Made by a program: the position numbers and the translations under genes. 64,000 nucleotides of DNA. Origin: an uncultured archaeon. Its GTDB lineage: Archaea > CAYFZR01. The stretch spans positions 17,814-81,813 of the forward strand of contig CAYFZR010000032.1 of the NCBI GenBank assembly GCA_964347835.1. The letters run 5' to 3'. Within the stretch, counting starts at the first letter, position 1; each line of letters opens with the position of its first letter. The notes under the pieces are model-generated. The model worked only from the letters and a program-made list of their open reading frames with translations. It searched no databases and was not told where the DNA came from. Shown piece by piece: positions 9,955 through 18,060 of the stretch.

Positions 9955-10398
9955 ATGAATAACGAGAGGTCTGATATGGCGATTGATAAAGAAAAATTAA
10001 TAGAATTACTTAATGACGATCTTTCTTGGGAATATACTGCATTGGTGCAGTATGTACAACACAGCGGAGTTATAACAGGCGCTGAATATGGAGATATTGT
10101 AAAAGAGATTAGAATCCACGCCACAGAGGAAATGCAGCATGCTATAGTACTGGTTGATCAAATCGATTATTTAGGAGGTACACCAACGACAAAAGTATAT
10201 CCTGCCAAAACTTCAGGAGATTCCGTGGAGATGTTGCAGCAAGATCTGGATGGAGAGGAAGACGCGATAAGGAGATATAAAGAACGAATCGAGCAGGCAG
10301 AAGAACTTAAAGAGTTCGCTTTGGCTCAAAAACTTCGCGAAATATTAGCAATGGAGCAAGAACACGCCATGGATCTTAAATTTGCCTTAGGAAAGTAA
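9955..10398 (+). CDS. Ferritin-like diiron-domain protein (bacterioferritin/Dps-like)
   Basis: E...EEMQH...E pattern resembling Bfr four-helix-bundle ligands. Confidence 0.5.
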   Translation: MNNERSDMAIDKEKLIELLNDDLSWEYTALVQYVQHSGVITGAEYGDIVKEIRIHATEEMQHAIVLVDQIDYLGGTPTTKVYPAKTSGDSVEMLQQDLDGEEDAIRRYKERIEQAEELKEFALAQKLREILAMEQEHAMDLKFALGK

Positions 10399-10520
10399 TC
10401 GTCAATAATACAATTTTTTTATTTTTTGATTATCTTCTTTTGTTTTGTTATTTCATCTTTGCAATGCGATATGCTAAAAAGAAAGACCATAATATAGTAA
10501 TCATCAAAAGGTGAAAGGCA

Positions 10521-11336
10521 TTGCTAATTTCAAGTCCCTTTGTTAGACTAAGGCGAGTAATCACATGCCCTCCTTTATATCTTGGGTTAGATCCCATAGA
10601 CGAGATATCTAAAACATGGTCAAGAAAAAATGATTTTGATAAGGATTTAGCCATGGAACAGCATGAAAACTTTATAGACACATTGAAATCAGAGAGGGTG
10701 AAGGTTGAAATTTTAGAGGCTTCGCCCGGAAAAGGAAACCAAACCTTTGTGAGAGACGTGGGATTTTCATTTAGAGAAGGAATTTTAATAGGCCGAATGA
10801 GAGAATCTACAAGACAAGGAGAAGAAAATCTTCTCTCTGAATTTATTGATCGTTTAAATCTTCCTATCATCCATAGAATAAAGAAAGGATTTCTAGAGGT
10901 AGGTGATATTCTAGCAATTGATGAAGAAAAAATATTCATTGGACATGGAAACAGAACAGATTTTGAAGGAATACAAGAAATTAAAACCCTTTTAGAAAAT
11001 TTAGAAATAAATACAATCCATTTAAAAAAAGAATTTGTTCATTTGGATTTAGCAATGAACGTTGTGGATGATTCAACCATCATAATGTTTCCAAATGCAT
11101 TTAATGAAGAAATAGAAATTTCTGACTGGAACATCATATTTGCAAACGAAAGAGAATACCTAACGATACCGGCCAATGTATTACTTCTAAAAAAAGGAAG
11201 GATTATCGCATCAGAAGAGAACTATCTGACCAATAAATCATTGGAAAAGGAAGGTATAGATGTATTGACGGTTAAAATTAACGAACTTTTAAAGGCAGGA
11301 GGAGGGCCACGCTGTCTAACTCTTCCAATTTTTTGA
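10521..11336 (+). CDS. Amidinotransferase-superfamily enzyme (DDAH/arginine deiminase-like, pentein fold)
   Basis: C-terminal GGGPRCLTLPIF with catalytic Cys a few residues from the end, as in DDAH; real start probably the internal Met (MEQHENF). Confidence 0.6.
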   Translation: MLISSPFVRLRRVITCPPLYLGLDPIDEISKTWSRKNDFDKDLAMEQHENFIDTLKSERVKVEILEASPGKGNQTFVRDVGFSFREGILIGRMRESTRQGEENLLSEFIDRLNLPIIHRIKKGFLEVGDILAIDEEKIFIGHGNRTDFEGIQEIKTLLENLEINTIHLKKEFVHLDLAMNVVDDSTIIMFPNAFNEEIEISDWNIIFANEREYLTIPANVLLLKKGRIIASEENYLTNKSLEKEGIDVLTVKINELLKAGGGPRCLTLPIF

Positions 11337-11514
11337 AGCAATCCACTTCCTGCACTTCTTCAGTTATCTCTTTTGAGCAGAGAAATTCTTTCTTCCTTTG
11401 GTAGATCATATATCGTTATTCTACATGCCTTAAGGAGACAAATTTATAAACAATTTTCTTTATTAGTTTTTGATCGAGGCTTAAACGAACACTATAAACA
11501 AAAGGAGACAATAA

Positions 11515-12240
11515 ATGGGAGAAGATAGAAAAAATGAAGGTTGTATGGTTTGTGCAAAGGAACTCGAGTATCTTGAAAAGCCCGTTGATGTGAGGTGCAT
11601 TTACTGCGGAGAAGAAGATCAAGGATATTTTATCTGCAAAGAAGGACATTATGTCTGCGAGGAATGCCATTCGAAGGGAGCAATAGATCTTATAACTCAA
11701 TTCTGCCTATCTTCAGAATCAAAAAACCCCTTTGAGATGGCAAACGCAATAATGAAACATCCAAAAATACCCATGATCGGTCCGGAGCATCATGCAATGA
11801 TAGCAGGTGTTTTGGTTACTGGTTATCGAAACTTAACAGGAAAAGGGACCGAAGATGATATTATAGAGGCGATAAGGCGTGGTAGTAAAGTTCCCGCTGG
11901 TTATTGCGGTTTATATGGTGCAGATGGGGTTGCTATTGCTACCGGCATAGCCTTATGCGTTATCTTAGGCTCAACGCCTCTTTCTGATAAAGAAAGATCT
12001 ATAGCAAATACGATGACTTCTCGTGCTCTCGCGGCAGTAGCGAATGCAAGAGGGGCAAGATGCTGTAAAAGAAGCACTTGGATTGTTTTAGATATAGCCG
12101 TTCAATATATAAGGGATGTTTTAGGTGTTGATTTAGAGTACGTTCCTCTTTCAGAAATAAAGTGTGATTATAGTGGTAGGAATAAATACTGCAGCAAAGA
12201 AGATTGCATATTTTATGTATCTGATAATACCAAAGATTAA
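11515..12240 (+). CDS. Cys-rich hypothetical protein (N-terminal paired CxxC zinc-ribbon-like motifs, CC and C-terminal Cys cluster)
   Basis: CMVCAKE...CIYCGEE...CKEGHYVCEECH...CCK...CDYSGRNKYCSKEDC; good RBS AAAAGGAGA. Confidence 0.4.
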   Translation: MGEDRKNEGCMVCAKELEYLEKPVDVRCIYCGEEDQGYFICKEGHYVCEECHSKGAIDLITQFCLSSESKNPFEMANAIMKHPKIPMIGPEHHAMIAGVLVTGYRNLTGKGTEDDIIEAIRRGSKVPAGYCGLYGADGVAIATGIALCVILGSTPLSDKERSIANTMTSRALAAVANARGARCCKRSTWIVLDIAVQYIRDVLGVDLEYVPLSEIKCDYSGRNKYCSKEDCIFYVSDNTKD

Positions 12241-12252
12241 GGGGAAATCTTT

Positions 12253-14103
12253 GTGAGTATAACGGTTTATAGTTTAAAAACATGTCCTTACTGTAGGCTG
12301 GTAGAGAGTTTTCTAGATGACCATGGTGTAGAATACGAGAGAATAATGGTTGACGAGTTGGGTGGAGAAGAGCAAAAAAAAGCAATAGCAGAGGCGTATC
12401 GATTAAGCGGTCAACGAAGTTTTCCCGTTATTCGCATAAACGAGAGGAGCATCATCGGCTTCGATGAAGCAAGAATGAGGAAGGCTTTAAATCTTAAGGC
12501 AAAGGACATTGTCCTTCCGAAATCGCCAGTTGTGGAAGAAAAGAAGAAAGATCTTCAGAAATACTATGATATCTTTAAAAAGCAGGCTGACAAAACAGGA
12601 TACCTCCTAAACCCCAATCGCGATTTTGTAGAGAGGATTTTGCTTGGCCTCATGGAAAATAAAGAGCGTTATGGCTATGCTACTTGTCCTTGTAGTTTGG
12701 CTAGCGGCAAAATAGAAGAGGACAAAGACTTAATCTGTCCATGCGCAAATAGAGATCTGCATCTCCAGAGATACGGTCGCTGCCTCTGCGGACTTTATAT
12801 AACGGAAGACTATAATCCTTATGATCCAACTAGCCCCTTGTGTATAGCAGAATATCATGAAGAAATGCTCGAACACGAGATTTCCACACCAACTTACGTT
12901 AAGGTATTTGGCTATTCTTTGAGAGGAGTAGATGAAGAAAGCATTAAAAATAACTTCGAAAAAGTCGCAAGTTTGTGTGAAATAAATTTAGAGGAGATAA
13001 AATGGAAAGAGAAGACTGCCTCCGTTTCTAAAACCTTCGAGGGTAAGTATCGATTAATTCTTAAAATGGATATTTCCAAGGATTTCTACAATTATCAAGT
13101 ATGGACGATTTCAATTAAAGAATCTCCGGCTGAAATCTTCAATTTAATCGATCATTTGGCCCCATTAGAATTACCTGATGTTCACAATCAACTCTTTGTG
13201 TTAGATATCCTATTGAACGAAGAGGAGTTTTTTTACGAAAATTTAGACTATTTTATGCCAAAAATCGATAAAGTGGGAAGTAAAATCTTAGATGGTATTC
13301 AGGTAATGAGCAGTGATCAGGAAAAAAGGATAGGGAGAGAAAGATACTTGGTTTCTCCCATGCAAGAGAGAATCGTAGACGATATAATAACAATAGAATC
13401 CAACTACCACCTACTCCATCTGGAGAAGCAAAAATACATTTTGATCTCTGATCGTCTAAGTCGAATTGAGGAAGAAACAGTATCGAAATTGGGATCTGTA
13501 AGCATTGGTCTGGCACAAGCAGACCATGATATTCTAAAAGATTGGATGCATGACATTAGCAATAGTTTTTCTGAAATAGCAGGCATTACTGAAGAAGTGA
13601 ACCACCATTTTCTCGATGCAACCTCCCACAGAAACATTTTAGAAACTATCTTCGTCGGTTGGAAAGAGCGCGAGGTAGATGCGTTACCATTAATATCGAC
13701 TTCCATTCTAAGTAAGGTTAAAGGCATCAAAGAAGACTACGAGACACTATATAATCGAATAGATGGTATACGTAAGGAAATGGAGGACATCATCAATATT
13801 TTACGAACTAAAATAGAGTTAATCCAACAAGAACAGAGTTTTGATCTTCAGAAAAGCATGCATGCTACTGCCAAGACGCAACTGGATTTACAAAAAGCAG
13901 TCAAAGGAGTGTATGTATTTTTGGTGGCATTTTATTTCACTGAACTTGCACTGATAATTTTCGAGGCAATGGAGGCAAGAGGAATAATTCATATAGATCC
14001 TTCCATTCCTGCTGCACTTTTCATTCCAGTAGCGATATTTTTAGGATGGATACTATCGGGAAAGGCAGAAGAAATGATTATGGGGAAAAGAAAACACTTA
14101 TAA
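12253..14103 (+). CDS. Fusion protein: glutaredoxin-like domain (CPYC) plus ferredoxin:thioredoxin-reductase-like catalytic domain (CPC..CPC..CLC) plus about 400-aa coiled-coil-rich domain ending in two TM helices
   Basis: SLKTCPYCRLV; GYATCPCSLASGKIEEDKDLICPCANRDLHLQRYGRCLCGLY; C-terminal GVYVFLVAFYFTELALIIF and IPAALFIPVAIFLGWILSG. Confidence 0.6.
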   Translation: MSITVYSLKTCPYCRLVESFLDDHGVEYERIMVDELGGEEQKKAIAEAYRLSGQRSFPVIRINERSIIGFDEARMRKALNLKAKDIVLPKSPVVEEKKKDLQKYYDIFKKQADKTGYLLNPNRDFVERILLGLMENKERYGYATCPCSLASGKIEEDKDLICPCANRDLHLQRYGRCLCGLYITEDYNPYDPTSPLCIAEYHEEMLEHEISTPTYVKVFGYSLRGVDEESIKNNFEKVASLCEINLEEIKWKEKTASVSKTFEGKYRLILKMDISKDFYNYQVWTISIKESPAEIFNLIDHLAPLELPDVHNQLFVLDILLNEEEFFYENLDYFMPKIDKVGSKILDGIQVMSSDQEKRIGRERYLVSPMQERIVDDIITIESNYHLLHLEKQKYILISDRLSRIEEETVSKLGSVSIGLAQADHDILKDWMHDISNSFSEIAGITEEVNHHFLDATSHRNILETIFVGWKEREVDALPLISTSILSKVKGIKEDYETLYNRIDGIRKEMEDIINILRTKIELIQQEQSFDLQKSMHATAKTQLDLQKAVKGVYVFLVAFYFTELALIIFEAMEARGIIHIDPSIPAALFIPVAIFLGWILSGKAEEMIMGKRKHL

Positions 14104-14180
14104 TATAAAACGATAGCCGCCATCTTTATATATATGTAAAAATTCTCCTCAGTTATATAGCAAATTCGAGGTGAAGTAAT

Positions 14181-14363
14181 ATGATTCCAGTGGTAGATCA
14201 TGAAAAATGCGATGGCGATGGAATTTGTGTAGATGTATGTCCAACGGAAGTATTTGAACTCGAAGGAGGAAAATCTATCGTCGCTCGCCCAGAAGATTGT
14301 ATAGAGTGCGAAGTATGTATTGACGAATGTCCTCAAGCAGCGATAACGTTAGAAGAAGAATGA
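14181..14363 (+). CDS. fdx: 2x[4Fe-4S] ferredoxin (60 aa)
   Basis: CDGDGICVDVCP and CIECEVCIDECP cluster motifs. Confidence 0.85.
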   Translation: MIPVVDHEKCDGDGICVDVCPTEVFELEGGKSIVARPEDCIECEVCIDECPQAAITLEEE

Positions 14364-14371
14364 TTTGAGAA

Positions 14372-14444
14372 GGGGGTTTTACCTAATTTTATACTGAATT
14401 TATCTTATCCTACCCTATCACCCCCTTTCTAAACCCCCATATAT
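14372..14444 (+). repeat. Copy A of a roughly 72-nt G5/C5-bounded intergenic element (second copy at 57026..57097, about 89% identical)
   Basis: gggggttttacctaattttatactgaatttatcttatcctaccctatcaccccctttctaaacccccatata versus copy B. Confidence 0.7.
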
Positions 14445-14573
14445 GTAGAAACAGCTCCTCTACAGATGAAAAGGAGAAAATTTATCCGAAATTATCTTAT
14501 GGTTCAAACAAAAAATTTTTAAACTCCTAGTTTGGAGATATAGTCGAACCAAGTTAATGAGAGAGAAATAATA

Positions 14574-14819
14574 ATGAAAAAAACAAATCCTGAGCCTGAT
14601 AAATCAATAGATTTAATTGGATTGTACTGTCCAATACCCATTTTTAAAACAAGAGAGGCATTGGATGGGATGGAGGTAGGGGAGATTTTAGAGGTTCTTG
14701 CTGACGACCCGGCTGCAGAAGAAGATTTGAGGCGTTTTGCGAAAAGAACCGGTCAAGAACTTCTTGAAATTAAAAAGGAAGGAGATGTCCTTCGTTTCAT
14801 TTTTAAAAAAAATAAATAA
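14574..14819 (+). CDS. tusA: TusA-like sulfurtransferase (SirA/YedF/YeeD family)
   Basis: CPIP active-site motif in GLYCPIPIFKTREAL. Confidence 0.8.
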   Translation: MKKTNPEPDKSIDLIGLYCPIPIFKTREALDGMEVGEILEVLADDPAAEEDLRRFAKRTGQELLEIKKEGDVLRFIFKKNK

Positions 14820-15221
14820 ATGAGAGTTATATTAAGGAGTTTGTTATTTATGCCTGAACATAAAAAAAAGATAATGTATGTCCAAACAAGCGGAGTAAAC
14901 ACTCCTGAAAGGCTTTATTCGCCATTTGTATTGGCACAAACCGCTAAAGCCATGGACATAGAACCTATAATTTATTTCCTTGGAATGGGATTGACAGTGA
15001 TTAAAAAAGGCGAAGCAGAGAAGATACAGTTGGGCAGTTTTCCCAGTCTAAAGGAAGTAATGGACCAGACGGCTAAAATGGGTGTCAAATTCTACGTATG
15101 CGAACAGAGTACTCAGTTATTGAACATGGAAAGAGGAGACTTCATAGAAGAAGCCAAAATAGTTGGAGCCGCTACCCTGAATGATTTAGTCTTAGAAGTA
15201 GATGGAGTAATGTGGTTTTAA
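14820..15221 (+). CDS. DsrE/DsrF-like family protein
   Basis: about 120-aa core with conserved Cys (YVCEQS); typical TusA partner; start probably internal Met (MYVQTSG). Confidence 0.55.
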   Translation: MRVILRSLLFMPEHKKKIMYVQTSGVNTPERLYSPFVLAQTAKAMDIEPIIYFLGMGLTVIKKGEAEKIQLGSFPSLKEVMDQTAKMGVKFYVCEQSTQLLNMERGDFIEEAKIVGAATLNDLVLEVDGVMWF

Positions 15222-15222
15222 A

Positions 15223-16383
15223 ATGAGAAAGGTATACATGGACTATGCTGCATCGTCGCCTACAGATCCGCGCGTTATAGAGGCGATGGTTCCTTATTAT
15301 AATGAAAAATATGGAAATCCATCCTCTTTGTATACTTTTGCGCATGAAGATAAAGTAGCTCTACAACAATCGAGAAAAAAGGTGGCAGAACTAATAGGGG
15401 CAAAAGATAGTGAAATTATCTTTACCTCCGGTGCAACGGAAAGTATCAACCTAGCATTAAAAGGAACTGCCTACAGAAATAAAACGAAAGGAAATCATAT
15501 CATTACTTCAAAAATAGAGCACATTTCCGTGTTGAATACATGTAAATATCTTCAGACGGAAGGTTTTAATATTTCATATATACCGGTAGATGAATACGGA
15601 ATGGTCGATGTAGAAAAGTTAAAGGAAGAGATATCGGAAGAAACCATACTCATCTCCATCATCTATGCGAACAACGAGATTGGAACAATACAGCCCATTA
15701 AGGAGATAGGCGAGATTGCGAGTGACAAAGAAATTTACTTCCACGTAGATTCTGTGGCGTCCTTGGGTAAGGTTCCAATAGACGTTGTAAGGGATGATAT
15801 AAGTTTATTATCAATGTCTTCAAACGATATCTACGGTCCTAAAGGTAAAGGCGCCCTGTATATTAAAAAAAGAACCAAAATAGCCCCGATTATACATGGA
15901 GGCGGACAGGAAGAGGGATTGCGATCCGGCACCGAGGACATACCCGGTATCGTGGGTATGGGCAAGGCCGCTGAATTCATAAAAGAAGAAATGAGTGAAG
16001 AAAGTAAAAGACTGACAAAATTAAGGGATAAGATAATAAAAGGCACTCTTGAGAACATAGACCACTGCTATCTGAATGGGCACCTTACAGAAAGACTTCC
16101 AAACAATATAAATCTCAGATTCAACTATATTGAAGGAGAATCTTTAATCTTAAGCCTTGATATGTATGGAATTTCTGCCTCGACCGGCTCTGCGTGTACT
16201 TCAAAGACTTTAGAGCCTTCACATGTACTGACTGCAATAGGCTTGCCGCATGAACTAGCCCACGGATCATTACAACTCACACTCGGCAAGTCAAATGATG
16301 AGGAAGATGTGAAATATTTATTAGAAGTTTTACCAGAAGTAGTAGAGAAGTTAAGAGAGTTATCTCCATTAACACCGAGGTGA
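15223..16383 (+). CDS. iscS: IscS/NifS-like cysteine desulfurase homolog lacking the PLP-binding lysine (SSND instead of SGHK)
   Basis: Fold-type I aminotransferase; SMSSNDIYGPKGKGALY aligns to E. coli IscS SFSGHKIYGPKGIGALY; catalytic-loop Cys retained (STGSACTS). Confidence 0.8.
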   Translation: MRKVYMDYAASSPTDPRVIEAMVPYYNEKYGNPSSLYTFAHEDKVALQQSRKKVAELIGAKDSEIIFTSGATESINLALKGTAYRNKTKGNHIITSKIEHISVLNTCKYLQTEGFNISYIPVDEYGMVDVEKLKEEISEETILISIIYANNEIGTIQPIKEIGEIASDKEIYFHVDSVASLGKVPIDVVRDDISLLSMSSNDIYGPKGKGALYIKKRTKIAPIIHGGGQEEGLRSGTEDIPGIVGMGKAAEFIKEEMSEESKRLTKLRDKIIKGTLENIDHCYLNGHLTERLPNNINLRFNYIEGESLILSLDMYGISASTGSACTSKTLEPSHVLTAIGLPHELAHGSLQLTLGKSNDEEDVKYLLEVLPEVVEKLRELSPLTPR

Positions 16384-16387
16384 TTTA

Positions 16388-16765
16388 ATGTATAGCGAGA
16401 AGGTCATGGATCACTTCAGGAATCCTCGCAACGTTGGAGTAATCGAAGATGCAGACGGAGTAGGTACCGTAGGGAACCCTGTTTGTGGTGATCTCATGAG
16501 CGTGTACATAAAGGTCGAAGATAATAAATTAAAAGATGTAAAATTTCAGACCTTTGGATGCGGGGCAGCCATAGCCACAAGCAGTATGGTTACTGAACTA
16601 GCAAAAGGAAAAACTCTTGATGAGGCGCAAAAAATTACAAAAAAAGACGTTGCAGATGCCTTAGAAGGTTTACCTCCAGTAAAAATGCATTGCTCTAATC
16701 TTGCTGCAGATGCATTGCACGCGGCAATAGAAGATTTTAAAAAGAAAAAATCTCAGGAGAGTTGA
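16388..16765 (+). CDS. iscU: IscU/NifU-like Fe-S cluster scaffold
   Basis: GNPVCGDLMSV, FQTFGCGAAIATSS, MHCSNLAADAL with three conserved Cys. Confidence 0.85.
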   Translation: MYSEKVMDHFRNPRNVGVIEDADGVGTVGNPVCGDLMSVYIKVEDNKLKDVKFQTFGCGAAIATSSMVTELAKGKTLDEAQKITKKDVADALEGLPPVKMHCSNLAADALHAAIEDFKKKKSQES

Positions 16766-16769
16766 TAAA

Positions 16770-16919
16770 GTGGATTGTGAACTCTGTGGAAAAGAAATTT
16801 CCCCGGAAGATTGCTTATTTGCCATGCATAAAAAGGTTATAGATGATAAGGAGTATGTATTTTGCTGCTCAATTTGTCTAGAGTCCTTTAAGAAGAAAGA
16901 GGAAGAGGTGAAAGAATGA
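16770..16919 (+). CDS. small Cys-rich ORF (49 aa, GTG start) between iscU and nfu; not in ORF track
   Basis: Own translation VDCELCGKEISPEDCLFAMHKKVIDDKEYVFCCSICLESFKKKEEEVKE; its TGA overlaps the ATG of nfu (ATGA). Confidence 0.3.
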   Translation: MDCELCGKEISPEDCLFAMHKKVIDDKEYVFCCSICLESFKKKEEEVKE

Positions 16920-17146
16920 AAGAAGAAGTGGAAAAGGTAATCGATGAGTACATCAGACCAAGTCTCAAAATGGATGGAGGAGATATCGAATTAATTGGCA
17001 TAGACGAGGAAAACGATATTGTAAAGGTAAGATTGGTCGGTGCCTGCGCCGGCTGTCCGATGTCCCAGTTTACGGCTCTCAATGTTGTTGAGGGCACATT
17101 GAAAAGGTTTGTTAAGGACACAATAATAGTGGAGACAGTGATTTAG
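16916..17146 (+). CDS. nfu: Nfu/NifU C-terminal-domain Fe-S cluster carrier
   Basis: GACAGCPMS CxxC motif; 76 aa. Confidence 0.75.
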   Translation: MKEEVEKVIDEYIRPSLKMDGGDIELIGIDEENDIVKVRLVGACAGCPMSQFTALNVVEGTLKRFVKDTIIVETVI

Positions 17147-17349
17147 GTTTAAGGCTACAAATTAAGCTCACCCCTCTTCTACCTTTTATTCGGGAAGTTA
17201 ATTACTTTTCCCAACTGAATAGATCTAAAAACTTTTTCTATTAGATAAAAGATTAAACAAGCATTAAGAACAAATAGGAGTACCCCTTTTCACGGAAATA
17301 TCTCGGAAATTAAGCAGGAAGAGGGGCCCTTTCCTTCGGTGGAGGATTT

Positions 17350-18060
17350 CTAACCTCCATAGGTATCTCTAACATCATAAAAAGGCTTATCTAAATCCTC
17401 GATTATCTTACAGGGTATATCTAACGCTTTTTTAGACTTTTTAATCAAAACGTGATCGCTCGTAGCAATACATTCAAAACCTAAGAGCTTCTTATCGCAA
17501 TGTTTTGAAGTAACAGCGGTACCGTTTAAACCTCTTTCATCTATATGTTCTTTTATTTTGCTCGATAATTCTCCGCTTTTCCTTACAGGACTGTCAAAAA
17601 CAAAAACCATATTTTTAGGAGGATAAATATTCAAAAGATCTAAAATAAGATTAATTGCCGTCATCGTATACTCACTCATCTTATACTTTCCGAAAGAAGC
17701 CTCAATGTCTCTAATGAAGGAATCGTCACATTTTATCAAAGGTTTATCCATCAGTATACATTCCGTAGTTATTAAAACGTTGTATCCGTCAATCCCTAAA
17801 TCCACGTTTATTAAATCATTCATTTTTATACGTCTTTTTCTAAGTTGTTCTGCCTCTTTCTTAGAAAATATAGCCCTAGCCAAAAGATTTCTCTCTTTTA
17901 GAGAAAGCAAATGATGGTCTGAAACAAATTTCAAGGCGCTCTTCTTTTTGTAACCGCTTTCTAACAAAAATCTAAGTTCCTGAGCAGCTTTCAATACTTT
18001 ATTCCATGTAAATGGCTGGTCTAAAGGGTTTTGCATGGGCTCTCTTATTTTTTGGGTCAT
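17350..18060 (-). CDS. conserved hypothetical protein (archaeal DUF434-like)
   Basis: Track ORF; 5' end overlaps the leuS 3' end, so the true start is probably an internal Met. Confidence 0.35.
   Translation of the reverse strand: MTQKIREPMQNPLDQPFTWNKVLKAAQELRFLLESGYKKKSALKFVSDHHLLSLKERNLLARAIFSKKEAEQLRKRRIKMNDLINVDLGIDGYNVLITTECILMDKPLIKCDDSFIRDIEASFGKYKMSEYTMTAINLILDLLNIYPPKNMVFVFDSPVRKSGELSSKIKEHIDERGLNGTAVTSKHCDKKLLGFECIATSDHVLIKKSKKALDIPCKIIEDLDKPFYDVRDTYGG

Noticed and set aside
10448-10939. 163-aa minus-strand ORF
   Set aside because: Antisense to the DDAH-like gene, with no RBS or motif. Typical shadow ORF of an AT-rich coding region.
17147-17349. GC-richer intergenic segment (gaggggccctttccttcggtggaggatttctaacctcc) considered as SRP RNA or other ncRNA
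   Set aside because: Only about 60 nt of GC-rich sequence. The GGAGG..CCTCC hairpin abuts the stop of the minus-strand gene and is better explained as its 3' structure.
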